Source: a virus (lineage: Duplodnaviria > Caudoviricetes). From it: a stretch of 64,000 nt of DNA. The notes beneath the pieces are model-generated. The model was not told where the DNA came from, did no database searches, and saw only the letters and a list, made by a program, of their open reading frames with translations. The stretch lies in the IMG/VR virus record IMGVR_UViG_3300032280_000642, positions 86,391-150,390 of that record. One strand, 5' to 3'. This document shows, piece by piece, positions 18,598-27,789 of this stretch (within the stretch, counting starts at the first letter, position 1; each line of letters opens with the position of its first letter). Both the position numbers and the translations under genes were made by a program.

Positions 18598-20118
18598 ATG
18601 GGAACATTCAGTGTAAATAATGGTCAAATTACAGAAGCGAATAATTATCCACTTCATATACAAAGTAATTTTGATGATATACTTTTAACTTTAAAGGATA
18701 ACGTAGATAAACTTATCGACCCTAAAGATATACGTAATGCTATTTTATCTTTATGGTCAAGTGTTCCATTTAAACAAACATCAACTGCTTCTTCTATTTC
18801 TAGTACTACTGATAGATATGTTGGTCTAGATGCAACTGATCCAAGTGATAGAGATATTAAAAAGAAATTATTTATTGGTAAAAGATCCTACTCAGGTACT
18901 CAATCATATGATAACTCACATGATATTATGACACCAGAATTACTAGATAGTGATATAGATATTTTCTTATTTAATACTAAGCAAGATACCGTTTCAAATA
19001 CAATAACAAGAATGTCTATTTTATCTGGTAAAAATACTGGATTATATACTGTTGCACCATTTATACAAAGTCAATTTATTTCAGGTGCTACAGAATCTTT
19101 ATCTATTGACTTTGTTTCTAGGATAGGTAATGTGAATGTTAGAAATTATGAAAATATACTAGATAATACACAAGGAACATTTTCAGTAAATACTATTCAA
19201 ATACCAACTTCTATAGAAAGTGCTACTTCATCTGGATTAGAAAGTAAAACTTTTGTTTGGAGAAATGGCAGACCAAGATGGGAAGAACTAACTCTTCCAG
19301 TTTTAAGTACAATTGGAACATCCAGTGAAACACTAACAATATATGGAAATCCTACAAATGTAAATGGTTATTCATTAGAATTAAATACAACTGATTATAC
19401 ACCTAGAACATTTGGTGGAATACCAATGGGTTCAACATTTAATAATGTTGCCATTTCAGAAATTTTGAGAAGAATACTTTATCCTTATTTAGGTCCTTTA
19501 TGTACTATAACAACTGATTATAATTATTATGAGTTAGGAACATATCCTACAGTTATACTTGATTATACAATTACTAAAAGAACTAATCCAACACAACTTG
19601 GAAGTTTAACTAATATGTCACCTGCAATTGTTGATTCAATTACAACTGATGATCATATCACTGTTTCTGGAACTTCTAGTGGACAAATACCTAATAATCA
19701 ATTAGGTGAAGACCCTATTGTTTTTTCAATTAGTGTTACTGATGGAATAAAAACTGCAACAGCAAGTACTTTTATACAAGGTATTATTCCTTATTTCTAT
19801 GGAGTAAGTTCATTGAGTTCGTTTAGTAATTTAACACAAATAACACTAACAAAATTAGTTGAGACACAAGGTGATAAAGAACTTTATCTTACCGGATTAT
19901 CTGGACAATATTTATACTTTATTTATGATGCAAGTTATCCGGATTTATCACAGATAATAGACGGTGATGATAATGATGTTCTTAGTTTTTTCACACTATC
20001 AACTTTAACACTTGGATCACCACAAAGTTATTGGGCAAATAGAAGTTTTAAAATTTATAAAAGAGCAATAATAACACCAATTGGACCTCCTAATGTAAAA
20101 TACCAATTTAGATATTAA
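18598..20118 (+). CDS. putative virion structural protein (paralog B)
   Basis: Shares TFSxNxGQxTE, DNxxKLIxPxDxRxA, RDIKxK..GKRSY, DIFLFNTK, NGYSLE, LYPY, YLYFI with 16960..18591. Confidence 0.65.
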   Translation: MGTFSVNNGQITEANNYPLHIQSNFDDILLTLKDNVDKLIDPKDIRNAILSLWSSVPFKQTSTASSISSTTDRYVGLDATDPSDRDIKKKLFIGKRSYSGTQSYDNSHDIMTPELLDSDIDIFLFNTKQDTVSNTITRMSILSGKNTGLYTVAPFIQSQFISGATESLSIDFVSRIGNVNVRNYENILDNTQGTFSVNTIQIPTSIESATSSGLESKTFVWRNGRPRWEELTLPVLSTIGTSSETLTIYGNPTNVNGYSLELNTTDYTPRTFGGIPMGSTFNNVAISEILRRILYPYLGPLCTITTDYNYYELGTYPTVILDYTITKRTNPTQLGSLTNMSPAIVDSITTDDHITVSGTSSGQIPNNQLGEDPIVFSISVTDGIKTATASTFIQGIIPYFYGVSSLSSFSNLTQITLTKLVETQGDKELYLTGLSGQYLYFIYDASYPDLSQIIDGDDNDVLSFFTLSTLTLGSPQSYWANRSFKIYKRAIITPIGPPNVKYQFRY

Positions 20119-20136
20119 AAAAAATATATATAGTTT

Positions 20137-22578
20137 ATGCCAATAATAATAATAGATAATTTTCAAGTAGATATAAGTAACCCTATAGATAATAGATTTG
20201 TAGTTGGTTCTCAATCAATTCCATCTGGACCAAACCCTGTTTATCCAACACCTTTTTATGCTTATAAACAGGATATAGTTTATAAGTATCCTGGTCTTAG
20301 AATATGGGATTTTAATGATAATGTTCCTTATGTTTGGGATGGTACACAATGGATAAATGAAAATACAACTGGTGCATTAGTACAAAATGCCGCAACTGGT
20401 AATACCGGTTTTGAAAATTTTGTAACTAAATTTGCAAATAATACAACACTTTTAACAAAGAGTTTACTATTTGATAACACGACTCATGTTGGATTAGGTC
20501 TTACAACACCTACTCCAAACAATTATTCACCAAGTCCAATAAGTTCGTCCACCCCTATTAACGGACTACACGTTTCTGGTAATATTAAAACAAATAATTA
20601 TTTTATTGGAAATGGACAGTTTATTAATGACATACACGCACCTAATATAACAACTGGATATTTAAGTTTAGCCAGAATATTTCCACCGAATCCGATAACA
20701 CCTGGGCTTACTTATCTTTTAAAGAATATATCTGGTAATACTTCTTGGGATTTACTTACTACGATAATGCCATTTACTAGTGCAGCAAATTCTACTTTAT
20801 CACCTTCTTTAACTAATATATACGGAAATGGTGGTACTGTTTATCAAGGAATATCGGTAGATCCACTTACTGGAGCAGGGACACTATTATTTAAACCTTT
20901 GGTATCAACTGGACTTCAAATTACTGATAATATAGATCATATAAGAATAGAAAGTAAAGCAGGTGTAAATATAGGAGTAGGTAGTGCATCTTTTTATGCA
21001 GGTCTTAATGGAAATCAATTACACCAGTTTAAATCTATTAAATCTAATAATTTAGCTATCTCAGAATCTAACGATCTAGTAAATATTGATGTAATTATAG
21101 TATCTGGTTCATTAAATATAACAGCATCACAATCAAATGGATTTCCAGCAATACAGATTGAGACACCTGTGGATGTAAATGATAAGTCATTTTATGTTAA
21201 TCAAAATTATGTTGGTCCTGAGCAAGGAACAATTGCAAAACCTTATAGATCTTTGAGAGCGGCCGTACAGGCATTTATTGGTGCTGGTACAAAATTTATA
21301 CCTGAGTGGAGGTATAGAGGTAAAATTGTATTACTTAGTAGTGTATATACTCCTAGTAACAATACCGATCCAAATTATATTGATTATTTAGATGTAAATT
21401 TCTTAGTAATTGAAGGTGGTGGATTTGAATTGAACTATAGTGGTGGTATGTCATATTTTATATCAACTAAAAACATACTTTATCCAGTTAATAGTGTTTT
21501 TGGACTTGCCTCCACTGCTATTTTCCCTTTTAGTTATGGTGGAAATGGCCAAGGACCTATAAATCCTACTACACAAAGAATAAATAATAGTGATATTGCA
21601 TTATGGTTTAGGAATTTATCAATCGTGTCAAATAAACATGGTATTATTTATCACTTAAATTATTCCTCACCTATTGACCCAGAATATACACAGCAAAATT
21701 CATCATATATTAGTTTAAAAGATTGTAGTATATATGATTATGCCTTTTTGAATCAAACATCTTCTTATAGTCCAGCATATGTAAATGGTACTTCAGGTAC
21801 ACAAGCTACAAATTTCGGATCACCAGTATATGTACAAAGTGGTTTACCAACAAATGAATATGTTATTGTAGCAGAGAATAGAAATTGGAACGGAGAAGGT
21901 GCTTTTGACTTTGTAGATTGTACAGTTATTGGAAGTTCAACAACCGCTGTTTATGTTTACAATACTTCTTGTTCTTGGTATAATATTACAATTAGCTATC
22001 AAACAGAATATACAAATTATAACAATACAGTACTTATAGGATCAGGTCCTAATAGAAGATATACTCCAAAAACAGGAATTTTTTATATATTATCAAAATA
22101 TGATAAAGGTGCACCAACTTATAAACTTAAAGCTAATTATCTAAGAATAGAAGGATTTAAAGAATATTCTTCAAGTGCAAGTGCAAATAACTATCAAATT
22201 GGTGGTAATGAAGCATTGTTTAAATTAGAACATACTCCACACGTATTTACACCTGGTCCAGATGCAGGTATTTATTCTTATTTTGAAATAAAAAATGGTT
22301 ATGTTTATGGTGAAGTATGTAATCATCTTATTATGACCGACTATAAACATACTGCTCAGTTGAATGACTGTGATTTCTCAAGATTTGCAAGTTTAGACCC
22401 AACCTATGGTGCATTTAAACTTACTAGTAGTACCACAGGGCAAAGAAATATTGGCTTACAAGGCTGTTATATCAAGGATGTAAAAAATCCTGGTACTAAT
22501 CTTCTGTTTATAAAACCATATACACCATTTTCCATCATAAATAATAATTTATTTACATTAACGTCAGGAACTTATTAA
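20137..22578 (+). CDS. putative tail fibre/tailspike-like protein with beta-helix-type C-terminal region
   Basis: PIDNRFVV N-terminus; FYVN..GTIAKPYRSLRAAV motif that often precedes beta-helices; N/S/T/Y-rich. Confidence 0.55.
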   Translation: MPIIIIDNFQVDISNPIDNRFVVGSQSIPSGPNPVYPTPFYAYKQDIVYKYPGLRIWDFNDNVPYVWDGTQWINENTTGALVQNAATGNTGFENFVTKFANNTTLLTKSLLFDNTTHVGLGLTTPTPNNYSPSPISSSTPINGLHVSGNIKTNNYFIGNGQFINDIHAPNITTGYLSLARIFPPNPITPGLTYLLKNISGNTSWDLLTTIMPFTSAANSTLSPSLTNIYGNGGTVYQGISVDPLTGAGTLLFKPLVSTGLQITDNIDHIRIESKAGVNIGVGSASFYAGLNGNQLHQFKSIKSNNLAISESNDLVNIDVIIVSGSLNITASQSNGFPAIQIETPVDVNDKSFYVNQNYVGPEQGTIAKPYRSLRAAVQAFIGAGTKFIPEWRYRGKIVLLSSVYTPSNNTDPNYIDYLDVNFLVIEGGGFELNYSGGMSYFISTKNILYPVNSVFGLASTAIFPFSYGGNGQGPINPTTQRINNSDIALWFRNLSIVSNKHGIIYHLNYSSPIDPEYTQQNSSYISLKDCSIYDYAFLNQTSSYSPAYVNGTSGTQATNFGSPVYVQSGLPTNEYVIVAENRNWNGEGAFDFVDCTVIGSSTTAVYVYNTSCSWYNITISYQTEYTNYNNTVLIGSGPNRRYTPKTGIFYILSKYDKGAPTYKLKANYLRIEGFKEYSSSASANNYQIGGNEALFKLEHTPHVFTPGPDAGIYSYFEIKNGYVYGEVCNHLIMTDYKHTAQLNDCDFSRFASLDPTYGAFKLTSSTTGQRNIGLQGCYIKDVKNPGTNLLFIKPYTPFSIINNNLFTLTSGTY

Positions 22579-22579
22579 T

Positions 22580-22612
22580 AAAAAAAGAGACTTTAAAAGT
22601 CTCTTTTTTTTA
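22580..22612. terminator. bidirectional intrinsic terminator
   Basis: AAAAAAAGAGACTTT-A-AAAGTCTCTTTTTTT. Confidence 0.8.
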
Positions 22613-23314
22613 TTCTTCTATTTTTTCAAACCACCAGTTAAAATAAATATAATTATCTCCAACTAAGTTATATACATCAGTATCATGCTTGATAATAATT
22701 TTATCATTGTGTGCTCTAATTAATTCAATCTCAATTCCAGCTTCCATTTTTAATTGTTTCCCCGTTTCAGTAGAATAACAATAAACTTCATTATTTAATA
22801 ATCTATACATTCCTGGTTCTGGTTTTAACCAAGATTTTAATGTTTTAATAATCAATCCTTTTATTTTAATAACCCATTCTTTTGGTTGATATAAATCATA
22901 ATCTTTAAAAACTTCAGAAGTAATATCTGGTGAAGGAGACATCATATCTTCAATAACACCCCAATATTCTTCTTCTCCAATTGTAAATGCAATATAAACA
23001 TCATATTTTAATGAAGTTGATTTAATAATTCTTAAAACTTTTAATGCAGTAATATCTTGTTCTTCTAATGCTAATTTACTTCTAAGTGCTTTATAAGCAT
23101 TAGTTCCCTTTAAATTATACATAATGTCATTAATACGTGACATCGCTTGTCTAATCATATCCTGGTTCTTATCAAATGCGTTGATAGAAAGAGCAGGATC
23201 ATCAACATGTGAGGATGCTTGAACAGAATCACTATTAAATCTTTGTAAGTTGAATTCCGATGTTTCAAACACTTTTGTAAATTGTGAAAATTTTAAAATT
23301 TTTAATTTATCCAT
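22610..23314 (-). CDS. hypothetical protein with capsid-targeting-like N-terminus (LKFSQFTKVFE)
   Basis: ORF; TTAATATATA at 23319-23328 (minus). Confidence 0.75.
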   Translation of the reverse strand: MDKLKILKFSQFTKVFETSEFNLQRFNSDSVQASSHVDDPALSINAFDKNQDMIRQAMSRINDIMYNLKGTNAYKALRSKLALEEQDITALKVLRIIKSTSLKYDVYIAFTIGEEEYWGVIEDMMSPSPDITSEVFKDYDLYQPKEWVIKIKGLIIKTLKSWLKPEPGMYRLLNNEVYCYSTETGKQLKMEAGIEIELIRAHNDKIIIKHDTDVYNLVGDNYIYFNWWFEKIEE

Positions 23315-23317
23315 TAA

Positions 23318-24415
23318 CTATATATTAAAAATAATATTCATCTTTTCATCTATATCTTCATCATATCTTATTATATGAAGAGTTATGTTATTATCGAAAC
23401 AATAATTTAGCTTCAATTCATCTCTCTTTTTATGTATTTCAAAACCAATTTCATCTACATGCATTAGTTTATTAAATTTATAATGTTGTTCTCCATTAAA
23501 CTCCAATAAACATTTTATATTATTAGATTCATCAAATATGACAAAGTCAAAAAATAAGTTGTTTATATATTTTAAACCATTGAAAGAATATTGTGTACCA
23601 TATTTTATTTTATAATTATCTAATATTTTAGAAATTTTTAACTCACCCCTTGATATATTACATTTCCTACACCCATATCCATTCAAATGTCTACTAGGTT
23701 TTTGACTAAAAAAACCATGTTCTAAACATTTTATCTTTACTGGTGTATTATAGAGTACATAATTAACAGAATCATAATTATATCTATCTCCGTGTAATTT
23801 TTTAGACATTTCTATAAAATCACCAGTACATAATCTTTTTTCTTCAAATACACACTTCATACAGGAACTTCCCTGTAAATGACTACTGGCCCTTTGTACA
23901 AAATCACCGTGTTTACTACATATAATAACAACTCTACTATTTGCATTTTTATAGACCACTTTATCATAACAATATTTATCATTATGAATTTCTTTTGATA
24001 TTTTTATAAAATCCGAATTACTGTAGTTATGTGTACCAGAACACTTAGAACAACCCTGACCATTCAAATGGTTATTTGGATTTTGAGTAAATTCACCGTG
24101 TAATTTACATTTTATAATAATTTTAGTTCGACTATTTATGTAATTTATATCATCATAAATATATTTATTACCGTGTACTTTTATTGACTTCTCAATAAAT
24201 TTATCCTTGGTCAATTTCATACCATCGTGATAACATTTTGCACAAGTCTGTCCTTTGTAATGCTCCTTTGGTGCTTGTTCAAATATACCATGTACCATAC
24301 ATTCTATTTTAACTTTAGTACTATTGTTTTTATAAACAACACTATCATAATTATATTTATTACCGTGTATTTCTTTAAATTTTTCTAAAAAATTATACCT
24401 ATTTAATTTATCCAT
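23318..24415 (-). CDS. free-standing homing-endonuclease-like protein: about four-and-a-half repeated Zn-finger units plus a C-terminal PD-(D/E)XK/Vsr-like nuclease
   Basis: Repeats F..K...HG.KY.Y..V.Y......I.C..HG.F.Q....H..G..C.KC; SRGE..I, FDF, LEFNGEQHY, IIRY; start moved to MDKLNRY after the promoter at 24421-24430. Confidence 0.8.
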   Translation of the reverse strand: MDKLNRYNFLEKFKEIHGNKYNYDSVVYKNNSTKVKIECMVHGIFEQAPKEHYKGQTCAKCYHDGMKLTKDKFIEKSIKVHGNKYIYDDINYINSRTKIIIKCKLHGEFTQNPNNHLNGQGCSKCSGTHNYSNSDFIKISKEIHNDKYCYDKVVYKNANSRVVIICSKHGDFVQRASSHLQGSSCMKCVFEEKRLCTGDFIEMSKKLHGDRYNYDSVNYVLYNTPVKIKCLEHGFFSQKPSRHLNGYGCRKCNISRGELKISKILDNYKIKYGTQYSFNGLKYINNLFFDFVIFDESNNIKCLLEFNGEQHYKFNKLMHVDEIGFEIHKKRDELKLNYCFDNNITLHIIRYDEDIDEKMNIIFNI

Positions 24416-24507
24416 ATTTCTATATATTAAATTATGTAGATTAAATACACAAAATACCAAAATAATTTAAAAATATATAGTTAAATATAAAATTATAATC
24501 CGATAAA

Positions 24508-24828
24508 ATGAAAATAAGAAGATTTTTTGAAAGTGAAGAACAAATAGATATTTCTCCAGAGAGAATTGGTGAGATGATGAATGAACTAAAAGAGTTCATT
24601 GCAAATATTGAAGATAAATCAAAGATAGTAGATTCTCTTGGTACTGAACTAAGTAATTATAAAAATAACTCTACAAAAAGTAATGATCAAATAGATGATT
24701 CAATTGCCGCTTTACAAGTTATTAAAAAAGATTTAGATGATTGTATAGATAAATTAGATACAGTTGTAAGTAATTTAGACTCATATAATCAAGATGGTAG
24801 AAAATATTTATACACCGAAAACAAATAA
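24508..24828 (+). CDS. coiled-coil protein with capsid-targeting-like N-terminus (MKIRRFFESE)
   Basis: ORF, heptad pattern, upstream TATATA. Confidence 0.7.
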   Translation: MKIRRFFESEEQIDISPERIGEMMNELKEFIANIEDKSKIVDSLGTELSNYKNNSTKSNDQIDDSIAALQVIKKDLDDCIDKLDTVVSNLDSYNQDGRKYLYTENK

Positions 24829-24848
24829 CTATTAAATAATATAATAGT

Positions 24849-24986
24849 ATGTCATTTGCAGCGGGTTGGCCAGGAACTAACAATATAAATAATAATCAGT
24901 ATAATACTGCTTGGAGAATGTGGTTAGGTTTAAGACCTTCACATAGAAAGAATAAAATCAAAAGATTATTTAATGTTAATAGGTAG
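24849..24986 (+). CDS. 45-aa protein missing from the ORF track (MSFAAGWPG...RKNKIKRLFNVNR)
   Basis: Translated by hand; preceded by AAAC(24819-22)-N17-TATAAT(24840-45); carries the RxxKIxxL motif. Confidence 0.6.
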   Translation: MSFAAGWPGTNNINNNQYNTAWRMWLGLRPSHRKNKIKRLFNVNR

Positions 24987-25209
24987 AAAAGGTAAAGAAA
25001 CAACAGATCCAGGTTATATTTATGTACCTTATCTAATGGCACAAAGTATAACTACTACTATACAAAGTAAGAACTACTTTAGAAAAATTAAAATTAGAAG
25101 ATTACTTGGTATGCCTTCAGCAGAGAGTATCATAAAAAGTAGATATGCAACTAAAAAAGTAAATAATAATTTTTACACAACACAAGGTATAAAAAAACCA
25201 CTCAATTGA
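24973..25209 (+). CDS. mini-protein resembling the C-terminal part of a gp23-type major capsid protein
   Basis: LIGRKG..DPGYIYVPY and IIKSRYA recall gp23 VGYKG..DAG..Y.PY and KTRYG. Confidence 0.5.
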   Translation: MLIGRKGKETTDPGYIYVPYLMAQSITTTIQSKNYFRKIKIRRLLGMPSAESIIKSRYATKKVNNNFYTTQGIKKPLN

Positions 25210-25221
25210 GTGGTTTTTATT

Positions 25222-25740
25222 TTATTTAGTAAATTTCAATTTGTAAAGAGTTCTATAAATTAAAACAACAATATCATCAATTATACTATGTAAGTGTGTA
25301 TCTTCTAATGATATAGCTTTTCTACCGTGTTTTACAAACTCTGCCAAACCTTCAAAGTATTCAACTTTTTCTTTAGTTTTAGTTTCAGCAGTATCAATAG
25401 TTTCATAACCATCAACAATACCATATTGTCCTTGATATGTTTCTATAACTGTATCAATTAAATCTAATATACCATCATAGTATTCACCTAATGCAGTATG
25501 TGCTGCGTGTGAACCCATTTCACCATTTACTTGTAAGTGGTAGATATGTGCCATCTCTCTTGATTCAAATAATTTAGAGAAAAGTGCAACTGGACTTCCA
25601 GGTCCTTCTTGAGTTTCTGGTTGTGGTTCTGGTTGTTCAACCTTAGTTGTTTCTACCTCAGTAGTAGTAACTTGAGGAAGATTAGCAGCAACTACTTCGT
25701 CTGCTTCGTATATTTTTCTAATTGTAGAAAATTTTTTCAT
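25222..25740 (-). CDS. ferritin/Dps-like (DUF5856-like) protein with capsid-targeting-like N-terminus
   Basis: AHIYHLQ..AAHTALGEYYD..DTVIETYQGQYG..DDI...LYKL. Confidence 0.7.
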   Translation of the reverse strand: MKKFSTIRKIYEADEVVAANLPQVTTTEVETTKVEQPEPQPETQEGPGSPVALFSKLFESREMAHIYHLQVNGEMGSHAAHTALGEYYDGILDLIDTVIETYQGQYGIVDGYETIDTAETKTKEKVEYFEGLAEFVKHGRKAISLEDTHLHSIIDDIVVLIYRTLYKLKFTK

Positions 25741-25822
25741 AATAAATTATTATTTTTTCTTTATATATTATTTTTTCGATATATAATTTTTAATATATAT
25801 ATTAAAATTTAATAACATTATT

Positions 25823-26014
25823 ATGGGATTTATAAAAAAATACAAAATGTTTACTGAAGAGGTTACTATAGAGCCACCTACAAAGGTAGAAAAACCAGTA
25901 GTTGAAGAGGATATTTTAGAAGCAACTGCTGAAGATGTAGTGGATAGATTTGCTAGACTTTACAAAGATCTACCTAAAGAAAAGAAACAAGAAATAAATA
26001 ATTACTTTAAATAA
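25823..26014 (+). CDS. small protein with capsid-targeting-like N-terminus (IKKYKMFTEE)
   Basis: ORF after TTAATATATA at 25790-25799. Confidence 0.7.
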   Translation: MGFIKKYKMFTEEVTIEPPTKVEKPVVEEDILEATAEDVVDRFARLYKDLPKEKKQEINNYFK

Positions 26015-26015
26015 T

Positions 26016-27779
26016 ATGAAAAAATTTTCCGATTTTATAAAAGAAGAAATAGATTTAAGAGGTAACAGTGGAGTTCCTAGAGATTTCATGAGAAACTCTG
26101 AAGAAGAAGCTGAGAGAAATTTAGGTATTAGACCAGATGATGAAAGTCAGATGAGAGAGGTTTGGCCAGATTTTCAAAGAAAAATGGGACAATCTATGCA
26201 AATGATGATGCAGGGCCCAGATGGTAGACCATTAGGTAGACCACAGATGCAAGAAAGAGTAGAAGCTTTACAAAACCTAGCAAAAGATCTTATCATGGAT
26301 GAGTATGGTGATATACTAGAAGCTTCTTCAAAACCTGTTGAACTTGACATTAAATTAGTAATGATGGGTCAAGTTAATCAAAATGTTCCTGATTTAAGAG
26401 ATGTTCCATCAACACCAGAAAGAAATCCACGTGAAGATGAAACTCATGAAAGTGAAGACGAAGAAGATCAAGATAGTGAATGTGCTGATGGTTCTTGTTC
26501 AAATGATGATGAAGACAATGATGAAACTACTGAAGATGATCAACCTACTGGTAGTGTTTTAAATGCTGCAATGAAGAAGAAAATTCTTAATATGTTAACA
26601 CAAGGTGAAGGTAAAGCAACTAAAGATATTATTAAAGCTTCTCCTATTGTTGAAGATGGTTTACAAAGAATATTTGGAAATAATGGAGAAAGAATCCTAA
26701 GAATATGGAGTGAAATGTCTGATATTGCTGATAAAATGGACTGGATTATACCAATACAAGATAAGGCTAGAATGATGAGTGGTAACTCAGGTGGTATGGC
26801 AGGTGCGACTGATGTAACTTGGGAAAGTTTAAATAACAGTACTTTCTCAATTCAATTACTAAAAGAGAATCAAGATTATAGAAAAATAACTATTAAAGCG
26901 GTTGGTGTTGACTTTCCGATGTTAATTCACGAAGCAGTAAAAGGTATTTACTTACTAATTCAATCAGCAGCAATTAAGAAAGATAAAGAATTTGCCAAGA
27001 AAGTAAAAGCGGCAACTTCTTCATTTTTGGATGAAGCACAAGATTTTAGATACGGTGTAACTGCACAAGCAATGTTTAATGATTTTATTAATGCTTGTAA
27101 AGATTCTCAAAAGTATAGACAAATGAGAACAAGAGTATTTAGATTATTGGCAAATGATAAAGAAAGATTAACTGCAAGAGCCAATGCCGAACAAAATGAA
27201 GAATTAAAAGATTTACTTAAAAAAGAAGCCAAACTTGCCTTAACTGATGAAAAGTTCTTGGAAGTATTTAATAGTTTACTTTCTGTTTTTGATAAAGTTA
27301 ATGAAGGTGGTCAACAACAAATAACAGTTTTTGGATTTAACCGTGGTGGTGGTAGAATAGCATTTGTTATTAATCAAGAAAGATTTAATCAATCTGTAGC
27401 AAAAACTGTAATTGAAGGTTTAATCAAACATATTGTAGATACAGAAGAAGCTTATGAACAAGCAATAAAAGAGTGGGAATTAGAACAAAAATTAGGACCA
27501 GCTACTAACTATGATGAACCTGATACAGAAGATGATGAAGATCCACTAGGATTAGGTTTAACAAAACAAGAAGAACCAGTAGATGACGGTGTTTATTCTG
27601 ATGAAGATCTTTCAAAAATGAGAAAAAGAGATATTCAAGAACTTATGGATGCTGCTTTAGATGCCGGTGATTACGATGAAGTTAGAAGACTTAGTGGATT
27701 TCTTAAAGAAGGTGCAGAAATCTATTTAAGAGAGTTAGAAAGAATAAATGAAAGCCAACACACAAGAAGACAAAAATAA
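26016..27779 (+). CDS. large acidic hypothetical protein, likely internal virion protein (MKKFSDFIKEE)
   Basis: Long ORF; FPMLIHEAVKG motif; N-terminal tag. Confidence 0.75.
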   Translation: MKKFSDFIKEEIDLRGNSGVPRDFMRNSEEEAERNLGIRPDDESQMREVWPDFQRKMGQSMQMMMQGPDGRPLGRPQMQERVEALQNLAKDLIMDEYGDILEASSKPVELDIKLVMMGQVNQNVPDLRDVPSTPERNPREDETHESEDEEDQDSECADGSCSNDDEDNDETTEDDQPTGSVLNAAMKKKILNMLTQGEGKATKDIIKASPIVEDGLQRIFGNNGERILRIWSEMSDIADKMDWIIPIQDKARMMSGNSGGMAGATDVTWESLNNSTFSIQLLKENQDYRKITIKAVGVDFPMLIHEAVKGIYLLIQSAAIKKDKEFAKKVKAATSSFLDEAQDFRYGVTAQAMFNDFINACKDSQKYRQMRTRVFRLLANDKERLTARANAEQNEELKDLLKKEAKLALTDEKFLEVFNSLLSVFDKVNEGGQQQITVFGFNRGGGRIAFVINQERFNQSVAKTVIEGLIKHIVDTEEAYEQAIKEWELEQKLGPATNYDEPDTEDDEDPLGLGLTKQEEPVDDGVYSDEDLSKMRKRDIQELMDAALDAGDYDEVRRLSGFLKEGAEIYLRELERINESQHTRRQK

Positions 27780-27789
27780 ATATAATTGA

